Shown in pieces: positions 1-14,059 of a stretch of DNA of 35,559 nucleotides (position 1 is the first letter of the stretch; every line of letters begins with the position of its first letter). Made by a program: the position numbers and the translations under genes. The DNA lies in the NCBI GenBank assembly GCA_032718475.1, contig JAUCBJ010001531.1, forward strand, positions 1-35,559, read 5' to 3'. This DNA is from Nemertoderma westbladi. Taxonomy: Eukaryota > Animalia > Xenacoelomorpha. The notes under the pieces are model-generated. The model did not search any database and was not told where the DNA came from. It worked only from the letters and a program-made list of their open reading frames with translations.

Positions 1-190
1 AACTTTACTTTACTCCTAGGGTATGGTTCTAACAGTGAGTTAACCCAAACTTTATTTTACTTCTAGGCCATGGTGCTTATAGTGAGTTAACCCAAACTTT
101 ATTTTACTCATAGGGTATGGTTCTAACAGTGAGTTAATCCAAACTTTATTTTACTCCTAGGCCATGGTTCTGACAGTAAGTTACTCCAAC
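1..190 (+). repeat. 47-bp tandem repeat (about 4 units, alternating A/B variants, cut by the window edge); each unit is a putative 15-nt exon plus 32-nt GT-AG intron
   Basis: Unit AAACTTTATTTTACTCCTAG-G(GT/CC)ATGGTTCTAACA-GTGAGTTAACCC. Putative exons 20-34, 67-81, 114-128, 161-175. Each is preceded by a pyrimidine-rich ...TAG and followed by GTGAGT or GTAAGT. Confidence 0.85.
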
Positions 191-211
191 CTCCATTACG
201 ATTGTCTCCAG

Positions 212-376
212 ACAGACAACCTCCTGCATGTTTGGGCTTCTGGTCCCCGCAGTGTCTCCTTAACAGTCCGCACTAGACAGGCGTCGCTGATATGTAATGT
301 GATGGATAAATTGCGACAGATTGGCGTTGCAGTTGAGTCGGACACTGAGGTGACAACCGCGGCTGCGGAGCAATGA
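212..376 (+). CDS. Terminal exon of a KRIT1 (CCM1)/FRMD8-like FERM protein, C-terminal F3 lobe; partial gene with upstream exons outside the window
   Basis: Follows acceptor TTGTCTCCAG at 211. Reads TDNLLHVWASGPRSVSLTVRTRQASLICNVMDKLRQ...EQ*. SLTVRTRQASLICNVMDKL resembles the KRIT1 C-terminus as I recall it (SFIVHTKQAGLVVKLLMKL), also shortly before the stop. The match is short, so no symbol is assigned. Confidence 0.55.
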   Translation, partial: TDNLLHVWASGPRSVSLTVRTRQASLICNVMDKLRQIGVAVESDTEVTTAAAEQ

Positions 377-610
377 GAGACCGTTAAACCTGTTGGGACA
401 TCCAATACGTTACGGGACAGGTGGACCTAAACAGGTTGGCCCAACAGCCTAGACTATTGACCCAATCAAAATTCTAGGAAACATTAAACTGTAACTTGTG
501 CCATTGGATCTCGATTGGTTAGAATATCGTTCTCATCTAACCTGCTCCTTTCCCTTAATGGATAAATTAATATTGTTATTTCACCGAGACGATATATTAT
601 TTCGCTGAGC

Positions 611-3600
611 TTGGATAGATTCTAGAACATCGGCGGGGCCGTGACTGGATAGATTCTAGAACATCGGCGGGGCCGTGACTGGATAGATTCTAGCACATCG
701 GAGCCGTGATTGGATATATTCTAGCACATCGGGGCCGTGATTGGATATATTCTAGCACATCGGAGCCGTGATTGGATAGATTCTAGAACATCGGCGGGGC
801 CGTGACTGGATAGATTCTAGAACATCGGCGGGGCCGTGACTGGATAGATTCTAGCACATCGGAGCCGTGATTGGATATATTCTAGCACATCGGAGCCGTG
901 ATTGGATAGATTCTAGAACATCGGGGCCGTGACTGGATAGATTCTAGAACATCGGGGCCGTGATTGGATAGATTCTAGAACATCGGCGGGGCCGTGACTG
1001 GATAGATTCTAGCACATCGGAGCCGTGATTGGATATATTCTAGCACATCGGAGCCGTGACTGGATAGATTCTAGAACATCGGCGGGGCCGTGACTGGATA
1101 GATTCTAGAACATCGGGGCCGTGATTGGATAGATTCTAGAACGTCGGCGGGGCCGTGACTGGATAGATTCTAGAACATCGGGGCCGTGACTGGATAGATT
1201 CTAGCACATCGGGGCCGTGATTGGATAGATTCTAGAACATCCGCGGGGGCGTGACTGGATAGATTCTAGAACATCGGCGGGGCCGTGACTGGATAGATTC
1301 TAGAACATCGGCGGGGCCGTGACTGGATAGATTCTAGCACATCGGAGCCGTGATTGGATATATTCTAGCACATCGGAGCCGTGATTGGATAGATTCTAGC
1401 ACATCGGGGCCGTGATTGGATATATTCTAGCACATAGTAACCGTGATTGGATAGATTCTAGAACATCTGGGCGTGATTGGATAGATTCTAGAACATCGGG
1501 GCCGTGATGGGATATATTCTAGCACATAGTAACCGTGATTGGGTAGATTCTAGAACATCGGGGCCGTGATTGGGTAGATTCTAGAACATCGGCGGGGCCG
1601 TGACTGGATAGATTCTAGAACATCGGCGGGGCCGTGACTGGATAGATTCTAGAACATCGGCGGGGCCGTGACTGGATAGATTCTAGAACATCGGCGGGGC
1701 CGTGACTGGATAGATTCTAGAACATCGGCGGGCCGTGACTGGATAGATTCTAGAACATCGGCGGGCCGTGACTGGATAGATTCTAGAACATCGGGGGGGC
1801 CGTGACTGGATAGATTCTAGAACATCGGCGGGGCCGTGACTGGATAGATTCTAGAACATCGGCGGGGCCGTGACTGGATAGATTCTAGAACATCGGGGCC
1901 GTGACTGGATAGATTCTAGAACATCGGGGCCGTGATTGGATAGATTCTAGAACATCGGCGGGGCCGTGACTGGATAGATTCTAGAACATCGGCGGGGCCG
2001 TGACTTGATAGATTCTAGCACATCGGGGCCGTGATTGGATAGATTCTAGCACATCGGAGCCGTGATTGGATAGATTCTAGAACATCGGCGGGGCCGTGAC
2101 TGGATAGATTCTAGAACATCGGCGGGGCCGTGACTGGATAGATTCTAGCACATCGGAGCCGTGATTGGATAGATTCTAGAACATCGGCGGGGCCGTGACT
2201 GGATAGATTCTAGAACATCGGCGGGGCCGTGACTGGATAGATTCTAGCACATCGGAGCCGTGATTGGATATATTCTAGCACATCGGAGCCGTGATTGGAT
2301 AGATTCTAGAACATCGGGGCCGTGACTGGATAGATTCTAGAACATCGGGGCCGTGATTGGATAGATTCTAGAACATCGGCGGGGCCGTGACTGGATAGAT
2401 TCTAGCACATCGGAGCCGTGATTGGATATATTCTAGCACATCGGAGCCGTGACTGGATAGATGCTAGAAAATCGGCGGGGCCGTGACTGGATAGATTCTA
2501 GAACATCGGGGCCGTGATTGGATAGATTCTAGAACGTCGGCGGGGCCGTGACTGGATAGATTCTAGAACATCGGGGCCGTGACTGGATAGATTCTATAAC
2601 ATCGGGGCCGTGACTGGATAGATTCTAGCACATCGGGGCCGTGATTGGATAGATTCTAGAACATCCGCGGGGGCGTGACTGGATAGATTCTAGAACATCG
2701 GCGGGGCCGTGACTGGATAGATTCTAGAACATCGGCGGGGCCGTGACTGGATAGATTCTAGCACATCGGAGCCGTGATTGGATATATTCTAGCACATCGG
2801 AGCCGTGATTGGATAGATTCTAGCACATCGGGGCCGTGATTGGATATATTCTAGCACATAGTAACCGTGATTGGATAGATTCTAGAACATCTGGGCGTGA
2901 TTGGATAGATTCTAGAACATCGGGGCCGTGATGGGATATATTCTAGCACATAGTAACCGTGATTGGGTAGATTCTAGAACATCGGGGCCGTGATTGGGTA
3001 GATTCTAGAACATCGGCGGGGCCGTGACTGGATAGATTCTAGAACATCGGCGGGGCCGTGACTGGATAGATTCTAGAACATCGGCGGGGCCGTGACTGGA
3101 TAGATTCTAGAACATCGGCGGGGCCGTGACTGGATAGATTCTAGAACATCGGCGGGCCGTGACTGGATAGATTCTAGAACATCGGCGGGCCGTGACTGGA
3201 TAGATTCTAGAACATCGGGGGGGCCGTGACTGGATAGATTCTAGAACATCGGCGGGGCCGTGACTGGATAGATTCTAGCACATCGGGACCGTGATTGGAT
3301 ATATTCTAGCACATCGGAGCCGTGATTGGATAGATTCTAGAACATCGGGGCCGTGATGGGATATATTCTAGCACATAGTAACCGTGACTGGATAGATTCT
3401 AGAACATCGGCGGGGCCGTGACTGGATAGATTCTAGCACATCGGGGCCGTGATTGGATATATTCTAGCACATCGGAGCCGTGATTGGATAGATTCTAGAA
3501 CATCGGGGCCGTGATGGGATATATTCTAGCACATAGTAACCGTGATTGGGTAGATTCTAGAACATCTGGGCCTTGATTGGATAGATTCTAGCACATTGGA

Positions 3601-6600
3601 GCCGTGATTGGATAGATTCTAGCACATCGGAGCCGTGATTGGATAGATTCTAGGACATCAGGGCCGTGATTGGGTAGATTATAGCACATCGTAGCCGTGA
3701 TTGTATAGATTCTAGCACATCGGAGCCGTGATTGGATAGATTCTAGAACATCGGCGGGGCCGTGACTGGATAGATTCTAGAACATCGGAACCGTGATTGG
3801 ATAGATTCTAGCACATCGTAGCCGTGATTGGGTATATTCTAGCACATCGGAGCTGTGATTGGATAGATTCTAGGACATCAGGGCCGTGATTGGGTAGATT
3901 CTAGAACATCGGCGGGGCCGTGACTGGATAGATTCTAGAACATCGGCGGGGCCGTGACTGGATAGATTCTGGAACATCGGCGGGGCCGTGACTGGATAGA
4001 TTCTAGCACATCGGGGCCGTGATTGGATAGATTCTAGAACATCGGGGCCTTGATTGGATATATTCTAGCACATAGTAACCGTGATTGGATAGATTCTAGA
4101 ACATCTGGGCCGTGATTGTATAGATTCTAGCACATCGGATCCGTGATTGGATAGATTCTAGCACATCGGAGCCGTGATTGGATAGATTCTAGGACATCAG
4201 GGCCGTGATTGGGTAAATTATAGCACATCGTAGCCGCGATTGTATAGATTCTAGGACATCAGGGTCGTGATTGGGTAGATTCTAGCACATCGTAGCCGTG
4301 ATTAGGTAGATTCTAGCACATCGGAGCCGTGATTGGGTAGATTCTAGAACATCGGCGGGGCCGTGACTGGATAGATTCTAGAACATCGGCGGGGCCGTGA
4401 CTGGATAGATTCTAGAACATCGGCGGGGCCGTGACTGGATAGATTCTAGAACATCGGCGGGCCGTGACTGGATAGATTCTAGAACATCGGCGGGCCGTGA
4501 CTGGATAGATTCTAGAACATCGGGGGGGCCGTGACTGGATAGATTCTAGAACATCGGCGGGGCCGTGACTGGATAGATTCTAGAACATCGGCGGGGCCGT
4601 GACTGGATAGATTCTAGAACATCGGGGCCGTGACTGGATAGATTCTAGAACATCGGGGCCGTGATTGGATAGATTCTAGAACATCGGCGGGGCCGTGACT
4701 GGATAGATTCTAGAACATCGGCGGGGCCGTGACTTGATAGATTCTAGCACATCGGGGCCGTGATTGGATAGATTCTAGCACATCGGAGCCGTGATTGGAT
4801 ATATTCTAGCACATAGTAACCGTGATTGGATAGATTCTAGAACATCTGGGCGTGATTGGATAGATTCTAGAACATCGGGGCCGTGATGGGATATATTCTA
4901 GCACATAGTAACCGTGATTGGGTAGATTCTAGAACATCGGGGCCGTGATTGGGTAGATTCTAGAACATCGGCGGGGCCGTGACTGGATAGATTCTAGAAC
5001 ATCGGCGGGGCCGTGACTGGATAGATTCTAGAACATCGGCGGGGCCGTGACTGGATAGATTCTAGAACATCGGCGGGGCCGTGACTGGATAGATTCTAGA
5101 ACATCGGCGGGCCGTGACTGGATAGATTCTAGAACATCGGCGGGCCGTGACTGGATAGATTCTAGAACATCGGGGGGGCCGTGACTGGATAGATTCTAGA
5201 ACATCGGCGGGGCCGTGACTGGATAGATTCTAGAACATCGGCGGGGCCGTGACTGGATAGATTCTAGAACATCGGGGCCGTGACTGGATAGATTCTAGAA
5301 CATCGGGGCCGTGATTGGATAGATTCTAGAACATCGGCGGGGCCGTGACTGGATAGATTCTAGAACATCGGCGGGGCCGTGACTTGATAGATTCTAGCAC
5401 ATCGGGGCCGTGATTGGATAGATTCTAGCACATCGGAGCCGTGATTGGATAGATTCTAGAACATCGGCGGGGCCGTGACTGGATAGATTCTAGAACATCG
5501 GCGGGGCCGTGACTGGATAGATTCTAGCACATCGGAGCCGTGATTGGATAGATTCTAGAACATCGGCGGGGCCGTGACTGGATAGATTCTAGAACATCGG
5601 CGGGGCCGTGACTGGATAGATTCTAGCACATCGGAGCCGTGATTGGATATATTCTAGCACATCGGAGCCGTGATTGGATAGATTCTAGAACATCGGGGCC
5701 GTGACTGGATAGATTCTAGAACATCGGGGCCGTGATTGGATAGATTCTAGAACATCGGCGGGGCCGTGACTGGATAGATTCTAGCACATCGGAGCCGTGA
5801 TTGGATATATTCTAGCACATCGGAGCCGTGACTGGATAGATGCTAGAAAATCGGCGGGGCCGTGACTGGATAGATTCTAGAACATCGGGGCCGTGATTGG
5901 ATAGATTCTAGAACGTCGGCGGGGCCGTGACTGGATAGATTCTAGAACATCGGGGCCGTGACTGGATAGATTCTATAACATCGGGGCCGTGACTGGATAG
6001 ATTCTAGCACATCGGGGCCGTGATTGGATAGATTCTAGAACATCCGCGGGGGCGTGACTGGATAGATTCTAGAACATCGGCGGGGCCGTGACTGGATAGA
6101 TTCTAGAACATCGGCGGGGCCGTGACTGGATAGATTCTAGCACATCGGAGCCGTGATTGGATATATTCTAGCACATCGGAGCCGTGATTGGATAGATTCT
6201 AGCACATCGGGGCCGTGATTGGATATATTCTAGCACATAGTAACCGTGATTGGATAGATTCTAGAACATCTGGGCGTGATTGGATAGATTCTAGAACATC
6301 GGGGCCGTGATGGGATATATTCTAGCACATAGTAACCGTGATTGGGTAGATTCTAGAACATCGGGGCCGTGATTGGGTAGATTCTAGAACATCGGCGGGG
6401 CCGTGACTGGATAGATTCTAGAACATCGGCGGGGCCGTGACTGGATAGATTCTAGAACATCGGCGGGGCCGTGACTGGATAGATTCTAGAACATCGGCGG
6501 GGCCGTGACTGGATAGATTCTAGAACATCGGCGGGCCGTGACTGGATAGATTCTAGAACATCGGCGGGCCGTGACTGGATAGATTCTAGAACATCGGGGG

Positions 6601-9600
6601 GGCCGTGACTGGATAGATTCTAGAACATCGGCGGGGCCGTGACTGGATAGATTCTAGCACATCGGGACCGTGATTGGATATATTCTAGCACATCGGAGCC
6701 GTGATTGGATAGATTCTAGAACATCGGGGCCGTGATGGGATATATTCTAGCACATAGTAACCGTGACTGGATAGATTCTAGAACATCGGCGGGGCCGTGA
6801 CTGGATAGATTCTAGCACATCGGGGCCGTGATTGGATATATTCTAGCACATCGGAGCCGTGATTGGATAGATTCTAGAACATCGGGGCCGTGATGGGATA
6901 TATTCTAGCACATAGTAACCGTGATTGGGTAGATTCTAGAACATCTGGGCCTTGATTGGATAGATTCTAGCACATTGGAGCCGTGATTGGATAGATTCTA
7001 GCACATCGGAGCCGTGATTGGATAGATTCTAGGACATCAGGGCCGTGATTGGGTAGATTATAGCACATCGTAGCCGTGATTGTATAGATTCTAGCACATC
7101 GGAGCCGTGATTGGATAGATTCTAGAACATCGGCGGGGCCGTGACTGGATAGATTCTAGAACATCGGAACCGTGATTGGATAGATTCTAGCACATCGTAG
7201 CCGTGATTGGGTATATTCTAGCACATCGGAGCTGTGATTGGATAGATTCTAGGACATCAGGGCCGTGATTGGGTAGATTCTAGAACATCGGCGGGGCCGT
7301 GACTGGATAGATTCTAGAACATCGGCGGGGCCGTGACTGGATAGATTCTGGAACATCGGCGGGGCCGTGACTGGATAGATTCTAGCACATCGGGGCCGTG
7401 ATTGGATAGATTCTAGAACATCGGGGCCTTGATTGGATATATTCTAGCACATAGTAACCGTGATTGGATAGATTCTAGAACATCTGGGCCGTGATTGTAT
7501 AGATTCTAGCACATCGGATCCGTGATTGGATAGATTCTAGCACATCGGAGCCGTGATTGGATAGATTCTAGGACATCAGGGCCGTGATTGGGTAAATTAT
7601 AGCACATCGTAGCCGCGATTGTATAGATTCTAGGACATCAGGGTCGTGATTGGGTAGATTCTAGCACATCGTAGCCGTGATTAGGTAGATTCTAGCACAT
7701 CGGAGCCGTGATTGGGTAGATTCTAGCACATCGGAGCCGTGATTGGATAGATTCTAGGACATCAGGGCCGTGATTGGGTAGATTATAGCACATCGTAGCC
7801 GTGATTGTATAGATTCTAGCACATCGGAACCGTGATTGGATAGATTCTAGCACATCGTAGCCGTGATTGGGTATATTCTAGCACATCGGAGCTGTGATTG
7901 GATAGATTCTATGACATCAGGGTCGTGATTGGGTAGATTCTAGCACATCGTAGCCGTGATTGGGTAGATTCTAGCACATCGGAGCCGTGATTGGGTAGAT
8001 TCTAGCACATCGGAGCCGTGATTGGATAGATTGTAGCACATCGGAGCCGTGATTGGACAGATTCTAGTATATCGGAGCCGTGATTGGACAGATTTTAACA
8101 TATCGGAGCCGTGATTGGATAGATTCTAGGACATCAGGGTCGTCATTGGGTAGATTCTAGCACATCGGAGCCGTGATTGGATAGATTCTAGGACATCGGA
8201 GCCGTGATTGGATAGATTCTAGAACATCGGCGGGGCCGTGACTGGATAGATTCTAACACATCGGGGCGGTGATTGGATAGATTCTAGGACATCAGGGCCG
8301 TGATTGGGTAGATTCTAGCACATCGGAGCCGTGATTGGATAGATTGTAGCACATCGGAGCCGTGATTGGACAGATTCTAGTATATCGGAGCCGTGATTGG
8401 ACAGATTTTAACATATCGGAGCCGTGATTGGATAGATTCTAGGACATCAGGGTCGTCATTGGGTAGATTCTAGCACATCGGAGCCGTGATTGGATAGATT
8501 CTAGGACATCGGAGCCGTGATTGGATAGATTCTAGAACATCGGGGCCTTGATTAGATAGATTCTAGCACATCGGAGCCGTGATTGGATAGATTCTAGCAC
8601 ATCGGAGCCGTGATTGGATAGATTCTAGAACATCGGCGGGGCCGTGACTGGATAGATTCTAACACATCGGGGCGGTGATTGGATAGATTCTGAGGGCCGT
8701 GACTGGATAGATTCTAGCACATCGGGGCCGTGATTGGATAGATTCTAGCACATCGGAGCCGTGATTGGATAGATTCTAGAACATCGGGGCCGTGATGGGA
8801 TATATTCTAGCACATAGTAACCGTGATTGGGTAGATTCTAGAACATCTGGGCCTTGATTGGATAGATTCTAGCACATTGGAGCCGTGATTGGATAGATTC
8901 TAGCACATCGGAGCCGTGATTGGATAGATTCTAGGACATCAGGGCCGTGATTGGGTAGATTATAGCACATCGTAGCCGTGATTGTATAGATTCTAGCACA
9001 TCGGAGCCGTGATTGGATAGATTCTAGAACATCGGCGGGGCCGTGACTGGATAGATTCTAGAACATCGGAACCGTGATTGGATAGATTCTAGCACATCGT
9101 AGCCGTGATTGGGTATATTCTAGCACATCGGAGCTGTGATTGGATAGATTCTAGGACATCAGGGCCGTGATTGGGTAGATTCTGGAACATCGGCGGGGCC
9201 GTGACTGGATAGATTCTAGCACATCGGGGCCGTGATTGGATAGATTCTAGAACATCGGGGCCTTGATTGGATATATTCTAGCACATAGTAACCGTGATTG
9301 GATAGATTCTAGAACATCTGGGCCGTGATTGTATAGATTCTAGCACATCGGATCCGTGATTGGATAGATTCTAGCACATCGGAGCCGTGATTGGATAGAT
9401 TCTAGGACATCAGGGCCGTGATTGGGTAAATTATAGCACATCGTAGCCGCGATTGTATAGATTCTAGGACATCAGGGTCGTGATTGGGTAGATTCTAGCA
9501 CATCGTAGCCGTGATTAGGTAGATTCTAGCACATCGGAGCCGTGATTGGGTAGATTCTAGAACATCGGCGGGGCCGTGACTGGATAGATTCTAGAACATC

Positions 9601-12600
9601 GGCGGGGCCGTGACTGGATAGATTCTAGAACATCGGCGGGGCCGTGACTGGATAGATTCTAGAACATCGGCGGGCCGTGACTGGATAGATTCTAGAACAT
9701 CGGCGGGCCGTGACTGGATAGATTCTAGAACATCGGGGGGGCCGTGACTGGATAGATTCTAGAACATCGGCGGGGCCGTGACTGGATAGATTCTAGAACA
9801 TCGGCGGGGCCGTGACTGGATAGATTCTAGAACATCGGGGCCGTGACTGGATAGATTCTAGAACATCGGGGCCGTGATTGGATAGATTCTAGAACATCGG
9901 CGGGGCCGTGACTGGATAGATTCTAGAACATCGGCGGGGCCGTGACTTGATAGATTCTAGCACATCGGGGCCGTGATTGGATAGATTCTAGCACATCGGA
10001 GCCGTGATTGGATATATTCTAGCACATAGTAACCGTGATTGGATAGATTCTAGAACATCTGGGCGTGATTGGATAGATTCTAGAACATCGGGGCCGTGAT
10101 GGGATATATTCTAGCACATAGTAACCGTGATTGGGTAGATTCTAGAACATCGGGGCCGTGATTGGGTAGATTCTAGAACATCGGCGGGGCCGTGACTGGA
10201 TAGATTCTAGAACATCGGCGGGGCCGTGACTGGATAGATTCTAGAACATCGGCGGGGCCGTGACTGGATAGATTCTAGAACATCGGCGGGGCCGTGACTG
10301 GATAGATTCTAGAACATCGGCGGGCCGTGACTGGATAGATTCTAGAACATCGGCGGGCCGTGACTGGATAGATTCTAGAACATCGGGGGGGCCGTGACTG
10401 GATAGATTCTAGAACATCGGCGGGGCCGTGACTGGATAGATTCTAGAACATCGGCGGGGCCGTGACTGGATAGATTCTAGAACATCGGGGCCGTGACTGG
10501 ATAGATTCTAGAACATCGGGGCCGTGATTGGATAGATTCTAGAACATCGGCGGGGCCGTGACTGGATAGATTCTAGAACATCGGCGGGGCCGTGACTTGA
10601 TAGATTCTAGCACATCGGGGCCGTGATTGGATAGATTCTAGCACATCGGAGCCGTGATTGGATAGATTCTAGAACATCGGCGGGGCCGTGACTGGATAGA
10701 TTCTAGAACATCGGCGGGGCCGTGACTGGATAGATTCTAGCACATCGGAGCCGTGATTGGATAGATTCTAGAACATCGGCGGGGCCGTGACTGGATAGAT
10801 TCTAGAACATCGGCGGGGCCGTGACTGGATAGATTCTAGCACATCGGAGCCGTGATTGGATATATTCTAGCACATCGGAGCCGTGATTGGATAGATTCTA
10901 GAACATCGGGGCCGTGACTGGATAGATTCTAGAACATCGGGGCCGTGATTGGATAGATTCTAGAACATCGGCGGGGCCGTGACTGGATAGATTCTAGCAC
11001 ATCGGAGCCGTGATTGGATATATTCTAGCACATCGGAGCCGTGACTGGATAGATGCTAGAAAATCGGCGGGGCCGTGACTGGATAGATTCTAGAACATCG
11101 GGGCCGTGATTGGATAGATTCTAGAACGTCGGCGGGGCCGTGACTGGATAGATTCTAGAACATCGGGGCCGTGACTGGATAGATTCTATAACATCGGGGC
11201 CGTGACTGGATAGATTCTAGCACATCGGGGCCGTGATTGGATAGATTCTAGAACATCCGCGGGGGCGTGACTGGATAGATTCTAGAACATCGGCGGGGCC
11301 GTGACTGGATAGATTCTAGAACATCGGCGGGGCCGTGACTGGATAGATTCTAGCACATCGGAGCCGTGATTGGATATATTCTAGCACATCGGAGCCGTGA
11401 TTGGATAGATTCTAGCACATCGGGGCCGTGATTGGATATATTCTAGCACATAGTAACCGTGATTGGATAGATTCTAGAACATCTGGGCGTGATTGGATAG
11501 ATTCTAGAACATCGGGGCCGTGATGGGATATATTCTAGCACATAGTAACCGTGATTGGGTAGATTCTAGAACATCGGGGCCGTGATTGGGTAGATTCTAG
11601 AACATCGGCGGGGCCGTGACTGGATAGATTCTAGAACATCGGCGGGGCCGTGACTGGATAGATTCTAGAACATCGGCGGGGCCGTGACTGGATAGATTCT
11701 AGAACATCGGCGGGGCCGTGACTGGATAGATTCTAGAACATCGGCGGGCCGTGACTGGATAGATTCTAGAACATCGGCGGGCCGTGACTGGATAGATTCT
11801 AGAACATCGGGGGGGCCGTGACTGGATAGATTCTAGAACATCGGCGGGGCCGTGACTGGATAGATTCTAGCACATCGGGACCGTGATTGGATATATTCTA
11901 GCACATCGGAGCCGTGATTGGATAGATTCTAGAACATCGGGGCCGTGATGGGATATATTCTAGCACATAGTAACCGTGACTGGATAGATTCTAGAACATC
12001 GGCGGGGCCGTGACTGGATAGATTCTAGCACATCGGGGCCGTGATTGGATATATTCTAGCACATCGGAGCCGTGATTGGATAGATTCTAGAACATCGGGG
12101 CCGTGATGGGATATATTCTAGCACATAGTAACCGTGATTGGGTAGATTCTAGAACATCTGGGCCTTGATTGGATAGATTCTAGCACATTGGAGCCGTGAT
12201 TGGATAGATTCTAGCACATCGGAGCCGTGATTGGATAGATTCTAGGACATCAGGGCCGTGATTGGGTAGATTATAGCACATCGTAGCCGTGATTGTATAG
12301 ATTCTAGCACATCGGAGCCGTGATTGGATAGATTCTAGAACATCGGCGGGGCCGTGACTGGATAGATTCTAGAACATCGGAACCGTGATTGGATAGATTC
12401 TAGCACATCGTAGCCGTGATTGGGTATATTCTAGCACATCGGAGCTGTGATTGGATAGATTCTAGGACATCAGGGCCGTGATTGGGTAGATTCTAGAACA
12501 TCGGCGGGGCCGTGACTGGATAGATTCTAGAACATCGGCGGGGCCGTGACTGGATAGATTCTGGAACATCGGCGGGGCCGTGACTGGATAGATTCTAGCA

Positions 12601-14059
12601 CATCGGGGCCGTGATTGGATAGATTCTAGAACATCGGGGCCTTGATTGGATATATTCTAGCACATAGTAACCGTGATTGGATAGATTCTAGAACATCTGG
12701 GCCGTGATTGTATAGATTCTAGCACATCGGATCCGTGATTGGATAGATTCTAGCACATCGGAGCCGTGATTGGATAGATTCTAGGACATCAGGGCCGTGA
12801 TTGGGTAAATTATAGCACATCGTAGCCGCGATTGTATAGATTCTAGGACATCAGGGTCGTGATTGGGTAGATTCTAGCACATCGTAGCCGTGATTAGGTA
12901 GATTCTAGCACATCGGAGCCGTGATTGGGTAGATTCTAGCACATCGGAGCCGTGATTGGATAGATTCTAGGACATCAGGGCCGTGATTGGGTAGATTATA
13001 GCACATCGTAGCCGTGATTGTATAGATTCTAGCACATCGGAACCGTGATTGGATAGATTCTAGCACATCGTAGCCGTGATTGGGTATATTCTAGCACATC
13101 GGAGCTGTGATTGGATAGATTCTATGACATCAGGGTCGTGATTGGGTAGATTCTAGCACATCGTAGCCGTGATTGGGTAGATTCTAGCACATCGGAGCCG
13201 TGATTGGGTAGATTCTAGCACATCGGAGCCGTGATTGGATAGATTGTAGCACATCGGAGCCGTGATTGGACAGATTCTAGTATATCGGAGCCGTGATTGG
13301 ACAGATTTTAACATATCGGAGCCGTGATTGGATAGATTCTAGGACATCAGGGTCGTCATTGGGTAGATTCTAGCACATCGGAGCCGTGATTGGATAGATT
13401 CTAGGACATCGGAGCCGTGATTGGATAGATTCTAGAACATCGGCGGGGCCGTGACTGGATAGATTCTAACACATCGGGGCGGTGATTGGATAGATTCTAG
13501 GACATCAGGGCCGTGATTGGGTAGATTCTAGCACATCGGAGCCGTGATTGGATAGATTGTAGCACATCGGAGCCGTGATTGGACAGATTCTAGTATATCG
13601 GAGCCGTGATTGGACAGATTTTAACATATCGGAGCCGTGATTGGATAGATTCTAGGACATCAGGGTCGTCATTGGGTAGATTCTAGCACATCGGAGCCGT
13701 GATTGGATAGATTCTAGGACATCGGAGCCGTGATTGGATAGATTCTAGAACATCGGGGCCTTGATTAGATAGATTCTAGCACATCGGAGCCGTGATTGGA
13801 TAGATTCTAGCACATCGGAGCCGTGATTGGATAGATTCTAGAACATCGGCGGGGCCGTGACTGGATAGATTCTAACACATCGGGGCGGTGATTGGATAGA
13901 TTCTAGGACATCAGGGCCGTGATTGGGTAGATTCTAGCACATCGGAGCCGTGATTGGATAGATTGTAGCACATCGGAGCCGTGATTGGACAGATTCTAGT
14001 ATATCGGAGCCGTGATTGGACAGATTTTAACATATCGGAGCCGTGATTGGATAGATTCT
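611..14059. repeat. Satellite array, ~13.4 kb, roughly 420 monomers of 31 or 34 bp, with higher-order structure
   Basis: Monomers TGGATAGATTCTAGCACATCGGAGCCGTGAT (31 bp) and TGGATAGATTCTAGAACATCGGCGGGGCCGTGAC (34 bp), head to tail. Diagnostic variants recur at offsets of 1424, 3379 and 5213 bp. Confidence 0.98.

Noticed and set aside
611-14059. CRISPR array (31-34 bp repeats with a palindromic core)
   Set aside because: Monomers are contiguous with no unique spacers, there are no cas genes, and the context is eukaryotic.
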